Below, piece after piece: positions 1 to 8,933 of a stretch of 64,000 nt of DNA. Location of the stretch: NCBI GenBank assembly GCA_017437005.1, contig JAFSBZ010000042.1, positions 3,397 to 67,396 of the forward strand. The letters run 5' to 3'. This stretch comes from Clostridia bacterium (GTDB taxonomy: Bacteria; Bacillota; Clostridia; Oscillospirales; Acutalibacteraceae). The notes below the pieces were generated by a model, which saw only the letters and a program-made list of their open reading frames with translations, did no database searches and was not told the DNA's origin. Position numbers and translations under genes: made by a program. Numbering within the stretch: position 1 is the stretch's first letter; each line of letters begins with the position of its first letter.

Positions 1-359
1 AAGAACTGCCTTGTAAATATTGCCACGGGGAAGATTTATCTGAAATGCCAAAAGATTCCTGTTCCCACGACGGAAAACTTCACGATGACGGCTTATATTA
101 TTATAAACAAAAAAACACAAATAAGTTAGTTCCTTACGAATTGAATGGCAGCAATAGATTTACCAACGCATATGGAGATTCTGTAATAAGTGGTGCGAGT
201 TATGATATTTTCTTAGTTTATGATTTGCGCGATGATATCTATTCACCTACAATAACATCAGATGCAAATGTGATTGCATATATGATTTTTGATGGAATTA
301 CCTCAAGTAATATGTTACAATTTTCTATGATTTCTTGTGATGTAATTTACAATGATTAA
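1..359 (+). CDS. hypothetical protein, C-terminal fragment (5' end outside the window)
   Basis: The frame is open from nt 3 to the TAA at 357-359, with no stop in nt 3-44, so the ORF-track Met at 45 is probably internal. The start is Cys/His-rich (ELPCKYCHGED..SCSHDG) and the DNA is AT-rich. No family recognised. Confidence 0.4.
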   Translation, partial: ELPCKYCHGEDLSEMPKDSCSHDGKLHDDGLYYYKQKNTNKLVPYELNGSNRFTNAYGDSVISGASYDIFLVYDLRDDIYSPTITSDANVIAYMIFDGITSSNMLQFSMISCDVIYND

Positions 360-410
360 ACAAAAATCAGGAACACACAAAGCCTCGCTTTTCTGTGTTC
401 CGCAAGAGTA

Positions 411-445
411 CGCCCTGCCCTATTTTGGCAGGGCGTATTTCTATC
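411..445. terminator. rho-independent terminator between convergent genes
   Basis: Stem cgccctgcc (411-419) / ggcagggcg (427-435) followed by a T-rich tract. A second hairpin ggaacaca/tgtgttcc lies at 370-401. Confidence 0.6.
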
Positions 446-446
446 T

Positions 447-1019
447 TTATTTATCTTTGTCATTCTTTTTTTGAGATGTTTTCTCAATGTTTATATCGCT
501 TATTATGTCACTTGCCTTGAATGGCGACAAATGCCATATCCTGACGCTCGGCGAAAGTGGATGTTGGAACCTTGCACTACCATCTGCATTGCAAAGACAA
601 TTTAACTTATCTTGAAATGGTAGTAATTCTTTAAGTAGTGTTTCTTGTAATTGTTGGAAGATTTTATTCTTTGCTTTTCCAACACCTGCGGCATAGACAA
701 TCACGTCAGCACTTTTAGCAGAATTTATTATTATGTCTATATTGTCTTTATCTTCGTTCTTTGATTGTTTTAACGAGAAATCATTTAGGACAGCCGATAG
801 GTTCAGTATGTCTACACTACCAAAACCCAAACGAGCAACATTATTGACGACTAATTGTGTTGAGGTGTCAAGTTCTATCCCTGCTGACGAACTGGGTGCC
901 AACATTATTATTGCAAGTTTACTCTTACTTTTGTCCCACTCTTTTCTTAAGAGATACCTTTTAGAGCCATCATCCGAAAACAATGCTTCGGTAGTTAGTA
1001 TTGTTTTTATTGTATTCAT
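447..1019 (-). CDS. DUF1643-like protein
   Basis: 190 aa. The pattern RYLLRKEWD ... IIMLAPSSS ... DILNLSA matches my memory of the DUF1643 signature (RY.L.R.W / mlNPS.A / NLf). Recognition by eye only. Confidence 0.5.
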   Translation of the reverse strand: MNTIKTILTTEALFSDDGSKRYLLRKEWDKSKSKLAIIMLAPSSSAGIELDTSTQLVVNNVARLGFGSVDILNLSAVLNDFSLKQSKNEDKDNIDIIINSAKSADVIVYAAGVGKAKNKIFQQLQETLLKELLPFQDKLNCLCNADGSARFQHPLSPSVRIWHLSPFKASDIISDINIEKTSQKKNDKDK

Positions 1020-1023
1020 TTTA

Positions 1024-1338
1024 TTATTCTCCTTTTATGTTTTTAGGGTAGCAAAAAATGACGGCGAAATCATCACCCAAAAGATGTAGTTCTATGCGAT
1101 AGCCGTTTATATGCTTATCCCACTCGTAGACATTACTCACAACATTTTCTTTAATGTTTTGTATGCCGTAGTTATCATCGGCATAGATTGCATATCCGCC
1201 ATCCCTGTAAGGATTGCGATTGTGACCGTAAGCATTATCCAAAATGTCTATGTTGTCTTTCAAAAAGTCAACAACATCTATAGGAATTTTGCTTGGCAGT
1301 AATTCGCAATCGCTTGTTTTACCAAATTTAATTATCAT
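1024..1338 (-). CDS. hypothetical small protein (104 aa), likely co-transcribed with the DUF1643-like gene
   Basis: Start moved to ATG 1338 (MIIKFGK...), which follows AGGAGG on the minus strand (taggaggttttcgATG). The stop lies 4 nt before the DUF1643-like start. No family recognised. Confidence 0.55.
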   Translation of the reverse strand: MIIKFGKTSDCELLPSKIPIDVVDFLKDNIDILDNAYGHNRNPYRDGGYAIYADDNYGIQNIKENVVSNVYEWDKHINGYRIELHLLGDDFAVIFCYPKNIKGE

Positions 1339-1603
1339 CGAAAACCTCCTAAATAGTAATCTCGGTTGGTGCATACGCGTCAACCGAGTATTTTTATGAT
1401 ATATATTTGAGTTCCTGAAAAATTCATTTGTGCAAAATGACGAAAGGGTAGCCTTGCCAAAAGACCTACCACACCCTACACAGCAAGTACCGCCAAAATT
1501 TACCTCAAAAAACTTCGTTTGTTTTGTCAATGGTAATTTGTTTTTCTATGTGGTAAAGTATGTTCGCACGAACAAGCGCTATCTTAATTTAGGAGGAAAA
1601 TTT

Positions 1604-3448
1604 ATGGCAATTTTCACAAATGCCGACATTTATGACGGCGACTATGGAGAATGGCGATTTCAAAAAAACGGTAACAAAATTTTTTATCCGTGCGGAAAAG
1701 CCATTTATCTTGAAGAAATTTGCGACGACCTCGAAAGTGGCGATATTTATCTTAAGTTACGTTGTGATTATCAAGGCAAACCAAAAAGAGCCTTTATCAG
1801 CCGCGGCGAACTAACAGATATCTCTACTATGCGAGAATTGTCAAAAAAAGGTTTTACGATTAATCGAAAATCTTACGACATTTTTGTAGATGTCATCCTT
1901 TTACAAGAAGAGATTTTTGAAAATGACGGTGTTCCAAACACCAATGTTTTTTCAAATCTTGGTTGGATTGAAGTGCCCGATGGTAACGGCGGTTATAAGT
2001 TATGTTACCGCCTCGACAAACTTATTGGTAATCGTAATGGTTCGTATTACGGACAGTATGATGTAGCACCTTTAGGTAGTTATAAGATTTGGCGCACAAT
2101 GGTCGAAGAAGATGTAGTTGGTCATCCTGTGCTTGAACTCGTTCTAATTGCCGCTTTATCGGCTGTAGTTAACGGTCTTATCTCACCCGTTACCAACGGA
2201 GAAAATCCAATTATACACCTCAATTATGGTTCGAGTTCAGGAAAATCGACGGCAGCTATTTTAGCAGCGAGTACTGCAGGTAGACCCTTTGATGGTACTA
2301 CTACTCGAAATGACGCGGACGGAAATGCCAAAATATTTCATAGTGTCTATCAGTCTTGGGGTGCAACCGACAATGCTATGGTCGCCACCCAAGCAGGCAA
2401 TCGAGGTGTTGTTACCATACTTAACGAACTTGGTAAGAGCCAAACAAAAAATATGACGCGTCTTATCTTCGATATAAGTGAGGGAAGCGACAAGAAGCGA
2501 TTGACCCCTTCTTTGAAGACTCGTATTTCAGAAAGTTTTACGACAACCTTTATTAGTACGGGTGAGTCGTCACTTATCGACAAATGCGAAACCAAACTCG
2601 AAGGTTTGAATGTAAGAGTTATGGAGATTTGCGAACCCATCACTGATAGTGCAGAGCATTCCAACAGAATCAAGGAAGTCTGTCGCAAAAACAATGGTAT
2701 TGCGGCACGAAAACTTGCCAAACACATTATCAATAACGGTGGCGTTAACTATGTTCTCCCCATCTATCGAAAATGGCAACAGTCACTTTCTCAAACGATG
2801 GATGCTACCACAAACAAAGAACGCTTTATCGAAAAATTTGCCGCTTTATTTATGGCAACTGCAGAAATTTCAACCAAAGCATTAGGTATTGCTTTTGATG
2901 TGCGGGGTTTGCAGAACTTTTTGCTCAATTATGATAAGGCAAACGGCAACGACCGAAATGTTGCATTGCAGGCATACACTAAAGTATTAGAGGAAATTAG
3001 AATTAATCTCAACTCCTTCCACACCCCAGAAAATGCCGACAACCCACCACGAGGACGAGTCTATGGTAAGGTTTGCCGTTGCAAGAACAAAAGTTTCAAT
3101 GGCAAATATGTTGACGAGGAGTTCCTTATACGTAGCAGTTTTCTTGAGAAAATTCTCAAGAAATATGGATTCCCGAACAAAGAAACTTGTTTGCGCGCGT
3201 GGGACGAAGCCAAACTTTTAAGCCGCGACAAAGATAGATTTACACGTTCTCGACAAATCGATGCCAACAGTCCTAAAGAGGATGTTTACGTGCTCTTAAC
3301 CTTTAAGGACGAAAATCAGGATTTCAAAAAGAAGACACCTCTTGCTTTTTTGTCCTCAGAAGACGATTACAAGCACATAGACAGTCTTTTGTCGGACGGT
3401 GCGAGCAAAGGGGGTGCAGATGATGTCGACAGCATGGCTAACCCCTAA
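1604..3448 (+). CDS. DUF927-type P-loop NTPase (putative replication/helicase protein of the element)
   Basis: ATG 1604 lies behind AGGAGG (1591-1596). The block LGWIEVPDG..YKLCYRLDKLIG is followed by Walker A GSSSGKST. This layout is typical of DUF927 proteins encoded next to integrases. Confidence 0.6.
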   Translation: MAIFTNADIYDGDYGEWRFQKNGNKIFYPCGKAIYLEEICDDLESGDIYLKLRCDYQGKPKRAFISRGELTDISTMRELSKKGFTINRKSYDIFVDVILLQEEIFENDGVPNTNVFSNLGWIEVPDGNGGYKLCYRLDKLIGNRNGSYYGQYDVAPLGSYKIWRTMVEEDVVGHPVLELVLIAALSAVVNGLISPVTNGENPIIHLNYGSSSGKSTAAILAASTAGRPFDGTTTRNDADGNAKIFHSVYQSWGATDNAMVATQAGNRGVVTILNELGKSQTKNMTRLIFDISEGSDKKRLTPSLKTRISESFTTTFISTGESSLIDKCETKLEGLNVRVMEICEPITDSAEHSNRIKEVCRKNNGIAARKLAKHIINNGGVNYVLPIYRKWQQSLSQTMDATTNKERFIEKFAALFMATAEISTKALGIAFDVRGLQNFLLNYDKANGNDRNVALQAYTKVLEEIRINLNSFHTPENADNPPRGRVYGKVCRCKNKSFNGKYVDEEFLIRSSFLEKILKKYGFPNKETCLRAWDEAKLLSRDKDRFTRSRQIDANSPKEDVYVLLTFKDENQDFKKKTPLAFLSSEDDYKHIDSLLSDGASKGGADDVDSMANP

Positions 3449-3608
3449 TGATATTGCAGAAATGTTACAGATTTCTTATGAGAAGGCGCTTGATTTCATC
3501 AAGTATTCGGGTGTCAAGTTCACAAAAATTGGTAGACAATACCGAGTTTTTGAATCATCACTAAATGCATTTTTAGCCAAAAACACCTATATTGACCTTA
3601 ACCACTAA
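3420..3608 (+). CDS. xis: excisionase-type helix-turn-helix DNA-binding protein
   Basis: 62 aa. ATG 3420 follows aaaggggg. LTPNDIAEMLQISYEKALDFIK...IGRQYRV is the MerR/excisionase-like HTH_17 pattern. It overlaps the upstream stop and sits directly before the integrase. Confidence 0.6.
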   Translation: MMSTAWLTPNDIAEMLQISYEKALDFIKYSGVKFTKIGRQYRVFESSLNAFLAKNTYIDLNH

Positions 3609-3670
3609 CTTATCGTACCTGATTGCTTTTGATTTATATATTCTATCATTAGAAGAAGGAGGATGTTATT

Positions 3671-4798
3671 ATGGCAACAGGACATATCAGAAAACGAACC
3701 TCGAAATCAGGTTCGAGTTGGCAATTAGTGGTAGAGAGTGACCGTGACCCAATTACGGGAAAGCGTGAGCGTATTTACCGAACATCAAAGGGCACAAAGA
3801 AACAGGCAGAGGCTGAGTTACGAAATCTAATCTTTGAGGTCGAAAACGGCAGCACACTCAACATATCCGCTATCAAAGTTAAGGATTGGCTCCAAGAGTA
3901 TCTGCAACTTTATCTTCCTCATATCTCTGACCTGACTCGCGAAAGTTATGAGGAACGAATTACCAACAAAATAGACCCGTATTTAGGCAATGTTCAGTTA
4001 AAGACTTTGTCTACGGCTCACGTGCAGAGTTGGGTAAATGAACTCAACAAAACACTTTCCCCGAAATCAGTTGTTAATCTTTTCAACATCTTACGACCAG
4101 CACTCGAAAAGGCTGTTGTTTTGCAGATGATACCTCGTAATCCCTGTGTAGGCGTCGTTAAGCCAAAACTGACAAAGCAGCACGGCGATGTGTACGACAC
4201 AAGCGAAATTAAGTCCGCACTTGATGTTGCGAGGGGTACTACTATGTACCCAACCCTACTACTTGAATTATCTACAGGTATGCGCAGAGGCGAAACATTA
4301 GCGCTTACTTGGGATGATGTTGATTTCCAAACAGGCGAAGTAACTATTAGCAAAAGCGCTTATGTTTATAAAGGTAAGCGAAAAATTAAGAAACCCAAAA
4401 CCGCCGCAGGTATTCGTACTGTAACGGTTGGCAAAAACATACTTGACGAACTTTTGATTATACGCAATAACTACTTAATCAACAAAGAAAAAATGGGTGT
4501 TTTGTTTACCGATTCTAATCTTGTTATTTGTCAAGAAAACGGCAAACCTTATCATCCCGACTCTATGACTACTAAATGGCGTAGATTTGTTAAGGACAAC
4601 AATCTAAAGCAAATCAGATTTCACGATTTGCGCCATACTAACGCTACTACTATGATTGAATCGGGTGTTGATGTCAAGACCGTACAGACACGTTTAGGTC
4701 ACTCGGATATTAGCACTACATTGAACATTTATACACATAGAACAAAGGCAATGGACACAAATGCCGCACAAAAAATTGATGATATTATTTACTCCTAA
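3671..4798 (+). CDS. int: tyrosine-type site-specific integrase
   Basis: 375 aa with RBS gaaggagg. It has an N-terminal SAM-like/arm domain. The C-terminus has RRGETLALTWDDVD ... FHDLRHTNATTMIESG ... LGHSDISTTLNIYTH (R..HxxR..Y catalytic pattern). Confidence 0.92.
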   Translation: MATGHIRKRTSKSGSSWQLVVESDRDPITGKRERIYRTSKGTKKQAEAELRNLIFEVENGSTLNISAIKVKDWLQEYLQLYLPHISDLTRESYEERITNKIDPYLGNVQLKTLSTAHVQSWVNELNKTLSPKSVVNLFNILRPALEKAVVLQMIPRNPCVGVVKPKLTKQHGDVYDTSEIKSALDVARGTTMYPTLLLELSTGMRRGETLALTWDDVDFQTGEVTISKSAYVYKGKRKIKKPKTAAGIRTVTVGKNILDELLIIRNNYLINKEKMGVLFTDSNLVICQENGKPYHPDSMTTKWRRFVKDNNLKQIRFHDLRHTNATTMIESGVDVKTVQTRLGHSDISTTLNIYTHRTKAMDTNAAQKIDDIIYS

Positions 4799-4861
4799 CT
4801 TATTTGATTTTCTTTTATATGACTTTACTTAACTACGAAAACTATTGAATTTAAAATATAT

Positions 4862-4899
4862 GCGCTGTGCAATCTTTGTTGCACAGCGCTACTTTATTT
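4862..4899 (+). terminator. rho-independent terminator after int
   Basis: Stem gcgctgtgcaa/ttgcacagcgc (4862-4889) followed by tactttattt. Confidence 0.7.
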
Positions 4900-4982
4900 G
4901 ATGAGATTTATTTGAATTTCTTAACGTAGATTTGTCATTGCCGTCGACAAGTCGACCTGTCTTTTAGCATTATTTTTGCATT

Positions 4983-5003
4983 TGTCGCCCAAATGTCGCC
5001 CAA
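4983..5003. repeat. tandem direct repeat TGTCGCCCAA x2 (11-bp period), candidate integrase arm-type sites
   Basis: tgtcgcccaa occurs at 4983-4992 and 4994-5003. It is followed by three AAATAG(A)-like motifs at 5022-5048. Confidence 0.4.
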
Positions 5004-5059
5004 CTTATGACGACTAAACACAAATAGAACCGAATAGAAACAAATAGCAGAAAACACCA

Positions 5060-5101
5060 AAAGCAAAAGAAAACGCCTTGCCAACAGTAAGTTAGCAAGG
5101 C
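5060..5101 (-). terminator. rho-independent terminator downstream of tRNA-fMet
   Basis: Stem gccttgc (5075-5081) / gcaaggc (5095-5101). On the minus strand it is followed by gttttcttttgctttt. Confidence 0.6.
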
Positions 5102-5109
5102 TATCCTTA

Positions 5110-5185
<76 letters not shown>

Positions 5186-5216
5186 ATATATAATTGTTTT
5201 TCCCTTGTGCTAAAGT

Positions 5217-5245
5217 ATTATACAACATTAATATTCATATTGCAA
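5217..5245 (-). promoter_or_regulatory. sigma-70-type promoter of tRNA-fMet
   Basis: On the minus strand: TTGCAA (5240-5245), a 17-nt spacer, then TATAAT (5217-5222). The -10 is about 30 nt upstream of the tRNA 5' end. Confidence 0.65.
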
Positions 5246-5292
5246 GTGTTTTTTGATAGAAATTTTAAAAATGTTTCGACAAAAATATCAAA

Positions 5293-5329
5293 CGTAAAAA
5301 AAATAGTGCGCAGCGAAATATCGCTGCGC
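5293..5329 (-). terminator. rho-independent terminator after the zinc-ribbon membrane gene
   Basis: Stem gcgcagcga/tcgctgcgc (5308-5329) with an A8 run on the plus strand, which is a T8 run on the minus strand. Confidence 0.7.
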
Positions 5330-5337
5330 GCGGTTTT

Positions 5338-6168
5338 TTACACATACTGTGGCTTTTCTGTAAGATATTTATCTATTAATACCGACGCTATTATTGCCGC
5401 CGCTGCTTCACAACCTGATGCAAGCGCTACTACGGGTTGTGATGCAATAGAAGCTACTGCGCCTATTGCTGCGCATACGCCAAAAAATATAAGCCAATTT
5501 TTTGCTGAACGCACCTCTTTAAATTCGGGATTTTGGAACATTATGCCCGTATATACCGATTTTGCCAAGGTATGTATTTTTTTGTATCCCAGAATATTGA
5601 TAACCAGCATAATTACTGCGCCAATTACAAACACTACTGCTATCATAATGCCTGCAAATTCCACAATTGCCTGAGGAATGTCGTCATAGCTGAAAGAATA
5701 TTCGCCAAAATCATACAAGCTGAGTGCTTCGTTAAATCCTGTTGCAAATTCCTCTGTACCGGCAAGCATTCCCATTCCCAAACCAACTAAAACACCACAC
5801 ACTATCAGCATTATGCTAACTACGTTCGTTATAACGTAGCTCGCATATACCGTACCGCTTATACTTTGCAAATGCTTTTCATTTGCGAAGCCTTTTTGCG
5901 CGTCTGCGTATGTTAGCCATAAGAAAATGGTAAACAAAATATTTAACAACGGCATACCACCACTTAACGAAAGCACACAAGAAATAGTCATAAGAACACA
6001 AAGAACCAAAAATAATTTATCCTTAATTGCAGGCAGCGCTTTATCTGCGGCGGGGCTTAAACTAACCGGTTCTACTTCACACATATCGTTACATTTCATT
6101 GATTCGCCACAATTGGTGCAAAACTCTGCGTTGTATTCATTTTCAAAGCCACAATTTTTACATTTCAT
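5338..6168 (-). CDS. zinc-ribbon domain membrane protein
   Basis: The N-terminus is MKCKNCGFENEYNAEFCTNCG (CxxC..CxxC zinc ribbon), followed by about 6 hydrophobic helices. RBS ggagga. Confidence 0.7.
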   Translation of the reverse strand: MKCKNCGFENEYNAEFCTNCGESMKCNDMCEVEPVSLSPAADKALPAIKDKLFLVLCVLMTISCVLSLSGGMPLLNILFTIFLWLTYADAQKGFANEKHLQSISGTVYASYVITNVVSIMLIVCGVLVGLGMGMLAGTEEFATGFNEALSLYDFGEYSFSYDDIPQAIVEFAGIMIAVVFVIGAVIMLVINILGYKKIHTLAKSVYTGIMFQNPEFKEVRSAKNWLIFFGVCAAIGAVASIASQPVVALASGCEAAAAIIASVLIDKYLTEKPQYV

Positions 6169-6188
6169 AATCTATCCTCCATTAAATC

Positions 6189-8021
6189 TTATTTAAAATA
6201 TTCACAATACCACACAAGGAATGTATATACAGTCCATATTTTGCGGCTCAAATCCTTTTTACCCGTTTTATGAATATCAAGCATTTTTACAAGCTTTGTA
6301 GTATTAAAATATTTTTGTGCAGCATCACTTTCAAACTGTTCTTTTACTATGTTGTAATACTGTTCCTCGCGTAACCACTCACGTATTGGCACCGGAAAAC
6401 CAAGCTTATCCTTTTGCGCAGTAATGGGTGGAAGTGTTTTTTCTGCCGCGCGGCGCAAGGCTAACTTGGTTGTAGTGGTATTTACACGACAGTCAAGCGG
6501 TAGTGTGAGAGCCAAATCCAACACATTTTTATCTAAAAACGGTACACGTAGCTCAAGCGAATTTGCCATACTGGTCTTATCGGCTTTAAGCAATATATCA
6601 CCCATAAGCCACATATTTATATCAAGATACTGCATCTTTGTAACGTCATCTTTGTTTGCAACCTCGTCATAAAATCTATCGCACAAGCTTTTTGGTTGTG
6701 GCACCGATTTTGCAATTTCGCTTTTTAAAATAGCATCGCGCTCTTTTTTGGAAAAGATATTCGCGTTACCTATGTATCGTTCTTCGATTGTTTTGCCGCG
6801 GCGCACAAGGTAGTTTATACCGCGCACCTGTGGTAAATATTTGCACAGCTTTGATATTATACGGCGAAGAGCAAAGGGTAATCGGTCATATAAAGTAAGT
6901 GTAAGCGGCTCTTGATAGATGCGGTAGCCGCCAAAAAGCTCGTCCGCACCCTCGCCCGACATAACCACTTTGACGTGTTCAGCCGCTAATTTACTTACAA
7001 AGTAAAGCGCTATTGCCGCAGGGTCGGCAAGCGGCTCGTCCATATGGTACTGAATTTTTGGAAACTCCGTCCAATACTCGTCGGCGCTTATTATTTTTGA
7101 TATGTTTTTTACACCTATTGTATCAGCAAATTGTTTGGCGTAGCCTATTTCATTGTATCGGTCACCATCATTACTTTCAAAACCTACAGTAAAGGTTTTG
7201 TCCACATTTGCGGCTTCGGCTATATAGCTTGAATCTATACCGCTTGATAAGAACGACCCTACCTCGACATCGGCAATTTTATGCGCCTCGACCGATTCTC
7301 TTACCGCCTTATCCACCTCGTCGGCATAAAAATCAAGCACACCGGGTACGGTTTTAAACTCGGGTTTAAAGTAACATTCTTTTGTAATTTCTCCGTTTTT
7401 AAACACAAAATAATGCGCCGGCAACAGTTTATAAACACCTTTAAAAAAGGTATCCTCAAGCGGTGAATATTGAAACGACAAATAATGTGCCAACTGTTGC
7501 TCGTTAAGCTTTTTTTCAAACTCAGGATGACCAACAAATGCCTTTATTTCGGAGCCAAATAAAAAACTACTTTCTGTTTTTGTATAATAAAACGGTTTTA
7601 TTCCAAATACATCTCGCGCGCCAAAAATTGTACCATTGGCTTTATTGTATATTACAAATGCAAACATACCACGCAGTTGATTTGCTACCTTTTCTCCCCA
7701 CTGCTCATATCCGTGAAGCACAACCTCACTATCTGCATTGGTGCTAAAGGTGTGTCCCAGTTCTTCAAGGTCGTCTCGCAATTGCTTAAAATTATAAATC
7801 TCACCGTTAAAAAGCAACACAAGCGACTTGTCTTCATTAAACATTGGTTGATTGCCGCCCTCGATATCAATGATGCTTAGCCTGCGAAACCCAAGCGCTA
7901 TATCCTTGTCAACATACATACCTGCCGAATCGGGTCCTCGGTGAGTAATGCTATTCATCATACGTTCAAGTATTGCGCCGTCATCTCGTATATAATTTGT
8001 AAATCCCACAAAACCGCACAT
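6189..8021 (-). CDS. asnB: asparagine synthase (glutamine-hydrolysing)
   Basis: Has the MCGFVGF Ntn-amidotransferase start and the SGGIDSS PP-loop. 610 aa. Confidence 0.92.
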   Translation of the reverse strand: MCGFVGFTNYIRDDGAILERMMNSITHRGPDSAGMYVDKDIALGFRRLSIIDIEGGNQPMFNEDKSLVLLFNGEIYNFKQLRDDLEELGHTFSTNADSEVVLHGYEQWGEKVANQLRGMFAFVIYNKANGTIFGARDVFGIKPFYYTKTESSFLFGSEIKAFVGHPEFEKKLNEQQLAHYLSFQYSPLEDTFFKGVYKLLPAHYFVFKNGEITKECYFKPEFKTVPGVLDFYADEVDKAVRESVEAHKIADVEVGSFLSSGIDSSYIAEAANVDKTFTVGFESNDGDRYNEIGYAKQFADTIGVKNISKIISADEYWTEFPKIQYHMDEPLADPAAIALYFVSKLAAEHVKVVMSGEGADELFGGYRIYQEPLTLTLYDRLPFALRRIISKLCKYLPQVRGINYLVRRGKTIEERYIGNANIFSKKERDAILKSEIAKSVPQPKSLCDRFYDEVANKDDVTKMQYLDINMWLMGDILLKADKTSMANSLELRVPFLDKNVLDLALTLPLDCRVNTTTTKLALRRAAEKTLPPITAQKDKLGFPVPIREWLREEQYYNIVKEQFESDAAQKYFNTTKLVKMLDIHKTGKKDLSRKIWTVYTFLVWYCEYFK

Positions 8022-8042
8022 ATTAACGCTTCCTTTCAGAAA

Positions 8043-8573
8043 CTATACTTTAAAATTCTTACTATGTTTTAAAACCAATTGTGCCAAAATTCCACAAAAA
8101 GCGCCGCAAACAGCACCCAAAAGAATTAAAACAGGTAAATAATACAAAACGCCAAAGCCCACTATAAAAACTGCCGCTACAAGCTGAAAAACATTATGCG
8201 TGACTGCGCTTGCTATACTAATTCCTATTGCGCTAACGCTTTTACTGCGGCTTAAAATATGAGCGATAAAGGTTGCCGTTATACCACCCGACAGCGACAA
8301 CACAAAGGATATCGGCGAACCAAACAGCAGCGCCGAAAGGCATATACGTATAACATTTACCAAGTACGCGCCCTTTGTATCATTGGTACAAATCAATGTA
8401 AGCACCACCGCATTTGAAAGACCTAATTTTACCCCAGGCGCAACAGCAATAAGCGTAATCGACAAAAGGCTTTCAAGATAGCCTATTATCAGACATACTG
8501 CCGTAAGTAACGCGTAAAGCGTAAGACGTTTAATGTTTACTTTATTTCCACTATTACCTTGTTTGGCAAACAT
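8043..8573 (-). CDS. Gx transporter family protein (Hpre_diP_synt_I-like membrane protein)
   Basis: Polytopic, with the motif GYLESL...APGVKLGLSNAVVL. Lies next to the NusG-II and ApbE genes. The start overlaps the upstream gene by 37 nt, so it is uncertain. Confidence 0.7.
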   Translation of the reverse strand: MFAKQGNSGNKVNIKRLTLYALLTAVCLIIGYLESLLSITLIAVAPGVKLGLSNAVVLTLICTNDTKGAYLVNVIRICLSALLFGSPISFVLSLSGGITATFIAHILSRSKSVSAIGISIASAVTHNVFQLVAAVFIVGFGVLYYLPVLILLGAVCGAFCGILAQLVLKHSKNFKV

Positions 8574-8863
8574 ACTATACTTTCACCTTTTTTGGATATT
8601 TCTCCTGTTTTTACACAAATTTGATTTTTACAGGTTGCGTTTTTCATAAAAACCACACCGTTTTTTATTACAATAACATTTGTTCCTGTATCAAATTCAT
8701 TATTTTTGTTAATGCTTTGATTATAAACTATCTTATTATTTTGCTTAATTACAACGCGGCTACCTTGTTTTGAAAAGGAAAACAGTAAAGCTATTGATAA
8801 AACAAAGGCTACTGCTACTGTGACTATTACTAAAAAATCTCCTTTTTTCAAAACTTTCACCAC
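8537..8863 (-). CDS. NusG domain II-containing membrane-anchored protein
   Basis: N-terminal TM segment, then ...ATCKNQICVKTGEISKKGESIVCLPNKVIVEI, the C..C...G.I....ivClPn pattern of NusG_II/DUF1312. Confidence 0.7.
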   Translation of the reverse strand: MVKVLKKGDFLVIVTVAVAFVLSIALLFSFSKQGSRVVIKQNNKIVYNQSINKNNEFDTGTNVIVIKNGVVFMKNATCKNQICVKTGEISKKGESIVCLPNKVIVEIK

Positions 8864-8933
8864 GCATCTTGTATACTTATTATTATTTTAACATATCTTT
8901 ACAAAAAAGTGAAGATATTGTATAATATTTGTT

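Larger units (their letters stand above)
1..5109. mobile_element. integrative element (right part); the int end abuts the 3' end of tRNA-fMet and the left boundary is not in the window
   Basis: The int-xis-DUF927 module is oriented toward the tRNA 3' end. Repeats between int and the tRNA look like arm sites. The tRNA T-stem mismatch is consistent with a hybrid att site. No copy of the tRNA 3' end was found at nt 1-1600. Confidence 0.55.

Noticed and set aside
1339-1530. N-terminal 64-aa extension of the 1024-1530 ORF
   Set aside because: The internal ATG at 1338 has a perfect AGGAGG RBS. The extension covers the divergent promoter region and overlaps the long form of the DUF927 ORF.
1430-1603. 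Upstream extension of the DUF927 ORF
   Set aside because: ATG 1604 follows AGGAGG at optimal spacing. The extension has no RBS and an odd composition.
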